From NCBI RefSeq assembly GCF_000150275.1, contig NW_002060943.1:9332209-9396208 (forward strand): a stretch of DNA of 64,000 nucleotides, given 5' to 3'. This DNA comes from Trichoplax adhaerens (Eukaryota > Animalia > Placozoa). Positions 48,736-60,618 of this stretch are shown piece by piece. The notes beneath the pieces were generated by a model. The model saw nothing but the letters and a program-made list of their open reading frames with translations. It was not told the origin of the DNA and did no database searches. Each line of letters starts with the position of its first letter. Position 1 is the stretch's first letter. The position numbers were made by a program, and so were the translations under genes.

Positions 48736-50622
48736 ATGGCGACCAATTTGTTGAGACGACGTGTTATCAACTTTCACCCAGAATCGTAAGCTGCCAGATA
48801 ATTATCCCTGTTGAAATTAACCTATAGTATTAAAAATACAACCAACATACACTTTAACCCAAGTTACTCAAATTTAATTTTTACCAGGCTAAATTCTCAA
48901 TGATTTCCTTATAATATTTAGATTATCTGGAATCCGCAATATGGCCACCCTGAAAGACGGTTGGTGATTAACCTATGTCGTGATAATACTCTAAAATTCG
49001 CTTATTACATACTATTATAGCCACTACATAATCCTATAATATTTAAAATGATTAAGATATACGACAGTGAATGAAGAAGTGGCTAGCATAATATTGATTA
49101 TATAAATAATTTTGCATTTCATCATCTCCATTTTAAAGGTTCAATAATGCCGTTCAACGGCACTTTTGCAAATCACACTCCATCCAGTAGTCGTATACGA
49201 ATTGAATCTGTATGGCATCATACACCCGCCCCACATATGCGATTTACGTCATAGTTGTAGGACGTATACTATAATTATAGTGAAGACGTTACTCTAAATT
49301 ATACAATATGACCACATAGTATGTGAAATCATACGGCTTTAGATTTCATGAGAACCAAATTTGATCTACGGTACTGCACCGTATTCATGCACGTAAAGTA
49401 AACGTCTATACAATCGCTTCTTTTTTTAATGAACCTCTCAATTCGCTATACTAGATTCCTTCGTCTGTTGTATAATTACTAGTCCAGTCTAATAATTCAA
49501 ATGTTGTAAAAAGGATAATTTCCGTTATACTTTTATTTCATTATAACTGTATGATTTTCTAGTTGCCCTGCGCCTGAGATCTGTAAAAAATATTCAAAAA
49601 ATCACCAAATCAATGAAGATGGTTTCAGCTGCCAAATTTGCCAGGGCCGAACGTGATCTTAAAAGTGCCAGAAGTTATGGTGAAGGAGCTGCAGCACTCT
49701 ACAAGTCTATGGAATTGGATAGTGAAGAAAAAAAACCTAATCATATGATGATAGCTTTATGTTCCGACCGTGGTCTTTGTGGCGCTGTGCACAGTAGCAT
49801 TTGCCGTACCATAAAAGCAGATTTAGCTGAAGCTCCTGGTAAATTATCAGAAATCTCTACTTATTTAAAAATGCAATTAACATATCATATTCTCCCTTCT
49901 TAGAAAGCAACACTAAATTAATTCTGGTTGGAGATAAAGCCCGTGCTCAGCTTCAACGCCTTCATCGCTCACGCTTTCTGCTTGTTTTCACTGACTACGG
50001 AAGGAAACCTCCCCAATTCATTGAAGCTGCACATATTGCTAGAGAAATCCTTAACAACGACTTTCAATTTGAAACGGCTGACCTGCTTTATAACAAATTT
50101 AGGTTGTAGCTTATTTAGTAAATCTTCGTTAATATCTCTTATGTCACGGAATACTAATTACAAACCCAGATATTTAACTATCGAGAAGTAAGCGTCCCTT
50201 ATTTATGATTCAATATCTTATTTATAGGAGCGTCATTTCCTATGAAACGATCAAAGAACCTCTACGTTCTGTTGATGTAATAGCTAATAGCGAAAAGATT
50301 TTGAGCTACGACGACGTAGATCACGAAGTCGTCAGAAGTTATCAAGAATTTGCTTTAGCTAATTCAATATACGCTGCTATGAAAGATGGCGCCGCAAGCG
50401 AACAAAGTGCACGTATGACAGCTATGGATAACGCTAGCAAGAATGCAGGTACGTAAACTATTTCTTCGTTATAAATAAACTGAAACATCTACTGAAAAAG
50501 TTTCGTTTTCTTACGTAGGTGAAATGATCGACAGCCTCACTCTGACTTACAATAGAACTCGTCAAGCCGTTATTACCAGAGAGCTAATTGAAATTATTTC
50601 TGGAGCTGCAGCTTTAGAGTAA
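48736..50622 (+). CDS. ATP5F1C: Mitochondrial ATP synthase F1 gamma subunit (6 exons)
   Basis: Presequence [10 protein letters not shown]..., then RNMATLKD|[57 protein letters not shown]|[34 protein letters not shown]. Confidence 0.98.
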
Positions 50623-51574
50623 AAGTAAAGGATTATGTAATTCAATTTTATTAAGATATAAAATTACGCAATGTCATCACTTAATGGAAGCGTGAACTAT
50701 TTACACATATGAAACTTAAAATAAACTTTATGATATAACGTCTTCAAAGGAGGAATGATATGCATCATTGTTCAGCAAAGGCTTAAGCTGCTATAAAATG
50801 CAAATCCGGGTTGAAACCTTAGGCTTTAGGTGTAATAAAGGATCTTTATACAATGTCTCTTGTTTCAACTAGTCATTTAATAGTAGCAATTTCGTTCAGC
50901 ATATCTTGGCAACATACCGTAAGTGGTCTAGGAATAACAAATAGTAAAACTTAGTCCCGAAATCAATTCTATCCTAATAATGCTTAAACAAATGCTAATC
51001 GAAACTTGTAAAATATCTTGGGCGACAGGTGCTCTATGACTAGGAGCATTTGTCAATTGGTATATTCCAAGAATGCATATTTAAGAATTAGAACTGTATA
51101 TTTAGGAAATTGCAGATTACAGGACTCCATCTATTTATTATCTGATAGGAAGGATTACTTTAAGAATTATAATTATCGTCAAACATGATGCCTATTCTTA
51201 CCACAAACATATACGCGTATACTATATAGCATTGTACAACTTAACCATGACGATAAAGAATGATTAGCACTAGTAGTTTAAATGAAACGGTTACCTTAAC
51301 TGATTCATGGAAGGTAAACACAAATCCTAAACCTGTGTTATCAAGACTTCCAAAGCACTGTAGGGAACTGTTTTGTATTGAAAAGAATATCAATTGCACA
51401 TGAATTCATGCAGGTTCACAAAATCAAACGATCGGATGATATACTCATATGCAGTAACAACGGTAGATTTCTTTTATTCTCTAATTTATTTGACCATCGA
51501 TTAGTGCACGGAAGAATTTCGCTTTGATTGAACATAATTACATTATATCATATACTGTACGCTTAGTAAAACAA

Positions 51575-51720
51575 TCTTAACTAATAATTAGCAACTACAA
51601 ATGAACTCGCTTTTTCAACTGCAGCGAAAGGATGGAAAATCATTACGTTATTAAGGCTCAATAAAGCACTCTTAACTAATAATCAGCAATTTTAAATGAA
51701 CTCGTTTTTGCTACTGCGAT
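51575..51720. repeat. Imperfect direct duplication of about 50 bp (period about 97 bp)
   Basis: tcttaactaataattagcaactacaaatgaactcgc (about 51575) versus tcttaactaataatcagcaattttaaatgaactcgt (about 51672). Confidence 0.75.
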
Positions 51721-52711
51721 GATAGTGTGATAGGCCGATAGCTGTAACAAATCAGCAAATTAATAATAATTAGTAGAGCCTGCACAGTGTATACCACTTA
51801 AAAAACTTGAAGAAAACTTGTGACCCAAAGACTTTCAAATCAATTAAATTACAAATGGCGATGTACGATATGAAGGATTACTATGAGACACTATATATAC
51901 CGAATGTTTTCAATACAGTATTATTTTAGCGCAGCTACTTTCACAAGGTAGTCTTACATCGCTCAATTCGCCTGCATTTAGTGTATATGGTAATAGAAGG
52001 AATTAGCAAAATTTGAATACTGGACAGTATCCCAAGTTCGCACAAGTGTCCACTGGAGATCCTGACAGACCTCTCTAGTGGATAGTCCAAACGTTACGTT
52101 GATAGGCACGCCCTTGGCAACCTCTGCTAAGTTACTTTGTATAGTTCTTCCTTTGCCTCTTAAGAACTTTATTTTTGGTACTAAGTGTGATTCTAATCCT
52201 TGAGATAGACTGTAAAATATAGCACATTACAACTTGATTAACTGTCTTATGGACCATGGTCCGGTTACTCGATATCCCTTTAATATTATGCTATGAGTTC
52301 ATATCTGGCTTGCAAAATAGCTGGGACTAAAGACAGTACTTATTGTACAACGATACATGCGGCATAATAGAGTCCTGTATGCAAAACGACTCGTATATGC
52401 GGTGTACACAGTCAAGTAGGTAGTTAAGTATACAAAGCTATAAAATATATATACGGGTATATATGTATACGCGTATTTACTGATTGTGAAATATATTATA
52501 CTCACTTTCAAAACTGGTACGCGAGTAGGGCGTTCGACTAGCTAGTATTGTAAAAGTTTACACTACAGTTATACTTTGCTCAATCGCACGTATAGGCACA
52601 CGTATACGCGTATATACGGTATACATATACATATATATATATATATATGTATATACTGTAGAACGCGCGACGTAACAATATACAGGTTAATCAGATGCAA
52701 CATACGGTGTT

Positions 52712-52978
52712 ATGGAAGACTGGATCTATCACATTATTTTAGCCATCAATTTTTTTACTTTTATAGTTTTCTGGTTTGATCAAGTATCCCTAATATACAA
52801 TTGGAAACAAGTAAAAGAATTTAACTTGCTTTTATTACTATGGGCTTCTGGTATCATTGGAGGGTGGTTAGCAATGATAGTCTTCAGGCATAAAATTCGA
52901 AATAAGCCGTTTATAATTAAGGCTGCTATACCGACAGGAATCTGGGTAATTTATTATTTCTATTACATGGTTAATTAA
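52712..52978 (+). CDS. Intronless small membrane protein of the DUF1294/YsdA family
   Basis: 88-aa ORF with the family pattern IN.F.F..F..D...(W)..E..LLLL...G...G.W.AM..FRHK...K.F and three hydrophobic segments. Confidence 0.7.
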   Translation: MEDWIYHIILAINFFTFIVFWFDQVSLIYNWKQVKEFNLLLLLWASGIIGGWLAMIVFRHKIRNKPFIIKAAIPTGIWVIYYFYYMVN

Positions 52979-55900
52979 TTGAAAAATAACTCATAAGAAT
53001 ACAGAATATCATGAATCATTCATGACAAGAGAAGATAATACTAACAAATTGCTGCAATTGGAAGAGACACAACTTATTGCAAGATTTTACTAAAACTGGC
53101 TACACCATGGCCCTCATGTACGTGAGAAGATAAAACGATATAACATCCTCTGAATACATGATAACCATACAGTAGATTCAGATAATTAAATCAATTTTTA
53201 TAAACTAGTAAAATCTATAGTAATACATGTGCCTTTATTAACGTGGTACATAGCATGATATAATTTTGACGACACCATTTACCGTAATGTACACTCGTTG
53301 TTCACGTATTGTACACTACCAGTATTTGCACCGCGGATCAAAGTTCTAGAACTTCTAGTTGTGAAGTCAAAAATTCAACAATAATGACGTATAGTAAGAA
53401 GGTCATCGATACTGAGGAGTAACCACATACGATATAGAGAGTATGCAATAAGGATGAGTACCTTTCTTTTTTAGAAACTCTCGTCACAAATATAGACCAA
53501 AAAAATAACTCGCACAACTGTGTATATATAAACATATTTAATTAATTAACTGTAAAATAATATAATTATGCCCTTATATGATAAGTTTTATTTTACACCT
53601 CATATTATGGTGCTGTTCTCTATTCTGTTGCGATTATTGTCGGTAATCTCTGATGAACCGGTATATGCTCCAATAAATTATAGCTTTACGCTTTAGCCTC
53701 CCACCGCTCTGGAGATCTATGAATTTTTTATTTGCTTTGAGTTAATAAGTGTATCTTTAATTTCAAAAGCGTAAATCTACGATACCCCACTCCTTATTCA
53801 TCTATTACTACTGTATATCTAGACTAAAAAATTGGGACGTGTGAAATGTGATTATTGCGTTGTGCAAAATTCATTTTTATTTAACCCAAAGTGGTATGGT
53901 ACTGTACATTAGTGTACTCCACTGTCTATTGCATATTCCGAAATTTTAAAGCAATCAAGGCTAGCCGATAAATATACAAGTTATAAGCTCAAATTCTAAT
54001 TACGAATTAAAGTTAAATTAGACTAAAAGTATAATACAAAAGCATGCACTTTGTGATGTTTCGGAAGGTTGAGAGTTCGGCATTAGTCGCAATAAGTACA
54101 ATAGAATAGTTAACGGAAGAGTAACCTTTATTGAGCTAGTGTAAGAGAATAATCGTGTGAGTAACGACGTGACTAGTTGAATAACTATAGTGGTGTAGAA
54201 TAGGTAAAGCGTATAAGCTTACCATGTAACCACCAGAACTAACTAACAAGATAGGTGAAAGAAGATAGCTTTTATAATGTTAGGAGCACAGTAGGAGGAA
54301 ATTATTTACAGGCGCGAAGGATTCATGAAAATACAGTAAGTTACTTCTATGTTAAGCTAGTGCTACGGTAAGTTAGCTAGAGTACAAGATATTTCCACGG
54401 AGTAAATTGTTGAATATTGATCATACAGTACATGATTAGAGTTATATTACAGTCTTAGAGTTATGCTACAGTCTAGTGAAACTAATACTTTTACTAAAAA
54501 TAGACTGTACCGTATTTAGAAGTAAACACTACACACTTTGTGATATACTATATCAGGTAGCTATAAGCGAAAAAATTAAAGAATAACATCGATAAAGTAG
54601 AATTATTTCCTACTGCATCTTTCGAAGCCATCCCTACATGTAAAGCTTCATATCTGCTATAAAATTATACCTCAAAGGCATAAACATATTATCTCCAATA
54701 ATATTATGTCTATATATTTTGATCATAACTCTGCTACTAGACTGCGGTACAAGAGCTAAACTTCTAAAAAGCATGACCGTGTAGAAGTAGGGTGCAGTAC
54801 CTAAGATCATTCTTATTTTCATATGGTTATAGCATGATAGAATAATTACTAATGTAAGTTAATTTTAAACTTTTCATAGATACTTTCATATATGCATATT
54901 AGATAATTATCACCATGTAGCAACTGGAAAGTGTACTAGATAATACTGTACGATAGAATTCCTATTCACAACGATATAATCAAGAACCAATATATTACAG
55001 GACCAGGTCTATATACCCTAACTAGCTGATCGCACACACTCAGCTATGTGTTGTCAATAATAAATTCTATGATATAGTGTAGCATCTTCCCAACTATCTA
55101 GGTTAAAGACAATCGATTATTTGATATCAAATGTTTGATAAATAACTCTTAACCTGCTCTTTCACTGTATCATTAACATGATTTGTAAGGAATCGAATCC
55201 AAGAGAAATTTTCTAATTCAGATAGTCATAATTGTATCCTTTATTTACAGTAAAATGAATTTTATAAACTTTAACATTTATTTCTTTCTACTCCAAACCC
55301 AACACTCCTCGCACTGACTCCTTTCTACATATGTACGCTTTTAGACGCACCTCATTCAGAAAGAAACTTCACGGCCACGGGTGTACATTAATAAAAAAAA
55401 CATGGACGTATGCTTACTACCGATATTCGGAGGGCTTGATTTGTATTAACTATCTATATCAAAGAGATTTCGAGGCTAATAGTAAGCATGGATGATAAGT
55501 ATCACCACTTTTTGAATGTGCATCACTTAAGAGCTGAACTATCTGGGCGATACGTGTACTAATGATGGATCAAAACCGAATCGAAGTACGGTCCTAACAT
55601 GAGTACTAACATCGAAAAGATACAGTTTACCCTATATTATACATATATTGGAGAGCTGGATTTAACAGTCCATAAAATCCAGGTAGCGCACTAATAATCT
55701 AGATGGTACCGAATAAAATACGATTTCAGTGTATATATACATAACTACAGTATTCGATGTATTAGTTTGTGAGGACAGATTACCGTACACTAGTCTCGTG
55801 AGTATGGATTGTACATCTATTTAAACCTTATCCTCTACATTTACTGAGATGTGTATAGTGTGTATTGTACAGTATCAAAGAATCGAACCATGAACTCTTG

Positions 55901-56867
55901 TAAATACAATTTAGAGCATCCAATTAAAATACGTATGACATTGACATAATATGCCTGATATGCGTAGAGTATATTAATAATGTACCATATTTTACATTAC
56001 TTTTGAAAAAGTTTTGTGGGTCTAATTCAATATACCCAAGCACACATTAGCGTTTATGTTGCAATAACTGGTGAGATTCTTGCAAGTACTAAATAATCTA
56101 TAATGGTTTTCTTTTTTTTAATATTCCACACGCATATTAAACCTTTCTATATAAATTCTCATATTTGAAGACAATCGTAATTTTAATTATAATTGCATAA
56201 TTATACATTTTTAAAGTATTATACAGCACATAATGATCCATATCATGATCCATATCAGAACTTATACATTGGACTAATTAAATGAATAGCTCTCTAATAA
56301 AAATGCATTCTTATTCAATTTATGAGATCTGCATAACCACGATAAAAATTTTACCGATTACATGAATTGTTACTAGAAATATAATCGAATTATGAAATCT
56401 AACACTTAAAATGCATCTGATGGTAAACTCCTGTATAATATCAGGCTAAAGTATTATGTATCATTAATTGGCCGAATCAATGTCTCTACATCTGTAAAAT
56501 ATCTATCAAAGCAGATATAATATCTATACAGTGAACTCCAATCTATAAAATTTTAAAATTAACTGCTATAGAATGAGAAATAAAGTGAATATGATGACAA
56601 TTTGGTGCACAGCATACTCTTTAGTGCTTATATCATACCCATCTCGTACAAAATAAATTTAAATGTAGCCTATTTATTACTGAACACAATTTGTAAGCTA
56701 AGAATATTGCTTTAATGGCAATATATAAGCTAAATATAGATACAATTATCTTAAGCTTTGAACTGTTTGCTAATATAATATAAAGTCATGGGTTGTGATC
56801 AATGGTACCGTACTAACTAGTGTTGCTTGTAAAATGAAATATCTGAGATTTCTACGTTAATTTAATT

Positions 56868-57317
56868 TTACCTGATAATAACGGTATTAGCGGGTTGATT
56901 TATATAAGTAGAAGTATAGGGTGGCGGCGGCGGCTGTTGAAACGTACCCATCGGTTGGGCCATGCCGAAATTCTGCGGTGCAGTCTGCATTCCGGGATTA
57001 TACATTGGCGGATAGTTTACAGTTGTGGTAGTGTGAGTAGCCGGAACTACAGATATACAGCGTAAAAAATTGTCATGTTAGAATATAAAGTAGAAAATTT
57101 TAATGTTAAATAATTTCAGTAGGTTCAAAATTTTGTTAAAGCAACATATACAGAATAATTATCTGATATGAAGGACTTACTGACGGCAACAGTTGTTGGT
57201 GGGCCTGTAGAAGCGGCAGCGCATCCTATCGCGCCTGCACAGCAGACACAAATTAAAACTGGGATAACGATAATTACAATGAAACAGCCAATGGCAATAC
57301 CAATGATACCACCAACG
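56868..57317 (-). CDS. Single-pass membrane protein with juxtamembrane Cys cluster and PPxY tail (Shisa-like/CYYR1-like); 5' exon(s) not resolved
   Basis: Exon 57317-57181 (VGGIIGIAIGCFIVIIVIPVLICVCCAGAIGC...) splices in phase to IPATHTTTTVNYPPMYNPG...QQPPPPPYTSTY...IIR* (stop 56868-56870). Confidence 0.7.
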
Positions 57318-60300
57318 CTAGAGAAAAAAAAACAGTCGTATAAGACTAAGATGATATCAAATATGGTGCATAATCGGCAGTTTAAATAATGATCTAAAAA
57401 TCTTTGAATAGGTATACTCAATCTTCAAGCAGTATTTTAAATTGTGTTTCAGTTTACATACCTTCCATTTACGCACCACACTTATAATTTTAATATTAAT
57501 TAATTAGCTACTACCCCTAATAGATTTTGTAGTGTTATATATTTTAGAAGGAAACGAAAACAAGATAGATGAGAGTAGATGGCGTCTATTGACAGCTAGA
57601 GTTAGGGGACGACAAGGGATAAATTAGATTCGCGCCAAAGAGATTACGGACATGTACAAGAGTAAGGTATTTCTTACGGATATTATACGTTATTCATTCA
57701 CAGTCCAATCTCAATAATGAATCTTGTAGCAGTAAGTATTGCCACCATTGGATGTTAGCGAGTAAATGACTAGTGTGGTCACACAGCAGATTCTATGTTT
57801 CCGTTTAACTAAATTTATGCTGTTATAACAGTAATGTTAATGCTGCTAATAATTAAGCATGTAGTTTATATTCGTAAAAGAATTCTGGTCTTCGATTGAG
57901 GAACGAAGAATATAAGAAAAAATGATAAATCAAGCAATTATATCCAAGAAAAAACTTAAAAACATCTTCCTATTTTAGTTCTCAGTTTCTTCAATTTTCT
58001 TACTATCGCATGCAAATCTTACTTAGTATACTACACTAAGCGTGCGCCTAGGTACCGGGTAAATATAGACGCAATGGCAACTACAGTAATATTAAAGCTC
58101 AAAAATCCCATTCTAAAATTGCTTACTTTGTTACATTGTGAAAATAATTGGCATTAAGTACATGTATTGAATTAATTAAAGCTTGAACTTTTACCCATGC
58201 TTCATGTCAGTATATTTAGAATTTTTAAGGTTTAATGAAATTTACAAAAGTTAAACAGAAAATTGTTTGAAGACCATACGGTAGGTTTAATTTCATTCTT
58301 GTGCGATTAATTTAGATTAATGTGGTCTTCTAAATGTTATTTTTCGCATTAATAATAGCTATTTGTTTGTTACAGTTCCTTACTTTAAATAAGCCCAAGC
58401 TCCATCGACGTAACAGGCCAATAGAAGAAATAGGACTGAAGGTGTAACTTTATTTTCCATAACCCTTTCTATCAAGATTCGATTTCTATGATACGTATTT
58501 TGATCAAAATTATTAAATAGGCATACAAAACACGGTTATCAATATTTTCAAGATCAAAATATGCTACATTTTACTTTTATTCTATTTGATTAGTAAAACT
58601 TCTCAGCCTCGTTATATGAGATAGAATGTCGGTATATTGTCAATGAAAAATCAAGGTAACAGTGAAACTAAAATAAGTACAAGCCCTTGGCAAGATTACG
58701 CTATGTAATACAGCCGTAACCACCTGTTTATTGACTTCTGTCACTCCACACCCTGGAATCAAATTGATTACAACTTCATGGATCAGTTACATGCACATTA
58801 TCAGTACCATTGTAATACGTCATAAATTTATTCATTATTTAACTGTAAGGAAGAACCGATTGATAGCTTTAGTGCATGACGAAATCAAAACCATGGTAAC
58901 CCGATGAGTAGATCCAATGTGATAATCGCGCATAATATAACCATACGTATGATACCTGAGATACTCTTCCATATAACACTTGTCAAAATCAAGTATAGGT
59001 GTGGGATATTAACTGATTAACCAGTTAATTATTAATTGCCTAGGCCTGGTCAAATATGAGTAATGAATGGCGATATGGTATAGGGCGTGGCGCCAATTTC
59101 ACATTTTAAGTTAGAACTCGCTTGATTAGTTATATCATCGGCTGCTACTGCACCCGTTAATCTTCGTTACTTTTCATTTAGATACCCAAATTAATATCAT
59201 CTGATTACTTATTATAACTGTAGATATCTCAGGATTTTAATAATTCAAGAGTTCAATTTACCTTTCATGACACTAGTTATGACAAAAATACTTCATATAA
59301 CAGCAATAACTACATATGTAAAGGCCAGAATTGCGTAATTTTTTACGATGCTACGTTGTGTATACTTGTATGGGCATAAACATATCATTGAAATATTTTT
59401 AGAGTAGCAACCGATTGATGTAAATCAGCACTTAACTATTTAGATTGGCATAATGCTGCAATCTAGAATTATTGATTACATGGAAATACGACCACGTTAA
59501 GCATTATAAAAATATATATAGAATATGAGTTAAAAGAAAGAAATCTAATTATTAGATACAGTCATTATAATATTCTTCTTAACAGTAAGATTAATAAAGA
59601 AATTTTTACGTTGTTTTGGTAAGCTATGCACTGAAATAAACAGAATTGGACCTTTTAGAATTGAAGAAAATTTGCAACAACTTACAACAGATTGTTATTT
59701 ATAATTTAATCAATGACCTTCCTGGTCACTCTACTTGATAGAATTGTGATTGCTGCAAAGTGCGACTTACTACACTTCATTAATGTAACTACTTCAAGAA
59801 AGCTACTAGTTGGGTGATGTACCGTAACATTTATGATCGCATATTACAAATATAGTGATAACTGTTTTATGCGGGTATAAAACGGATATCTACCAAGAAA
59901 TACTTCCGAAAGCAATTGTACATCGTAACGTGTGACCATACTCTACGGGAAAACACCTGCGTAAAATGAGCTAATGCTAATGCATGATGAATAAATATAC
60001 TGTAGTAATACTGTTACCAAAATAATTAACAATTTCTTTGAAAGATCACAGAAAGTATCATCTATATAGTAATAATGACGACTGTGTTCGACAGAAACAC
60101 CAGAACTACTTCAGAGTTACCTACCAATTGGACAGATAAAGAGGATTGAAGATAGTCAGTTTGATATCGAGTTTGACTAGGTATAGCTACTTCAATTACG
60201 TTTTGTATATAACTAAGATTTTGTTATTATTTAATAAATGAAGCATAGAATAAAGATACCAGTTGAACGTAATCAAGTACTCATAAATTACTCAGAAATG

Positions 60301-60618
60301 TAACGAAATCCTAATGACGAAAGATTTATTCCTTGTGTTACATTGCTGATAATAGTCTACAGAGCACGAAAGTTTAGAAAGTAGATCTTCAATTCTTTAG
60401 AATATCAAATAGAGTTGACTTTGTCGGCATTGTCTTTATTGACGTACTAATGGGAATAATTACAATCTTCAGAATTACGATTATAATCAGCCCTAGTGAT
60501 ACTACCATGCTTACGAGTATATCAAACATAGAATGCAACGTAAAAAATAGTAGCTCATTCTAGAATCATCGCAACAGTCAAGGCAAGGTAGTGATACGTT
60601 ATAAGTAACAATTCTTTG

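Noticed and set aside
54047-54544. 11-bp direct repeat CACTTTGTGAT as a transposon target-site duplication
   Set aside because: No terminal inverted repeats or coding remnant between the copies.
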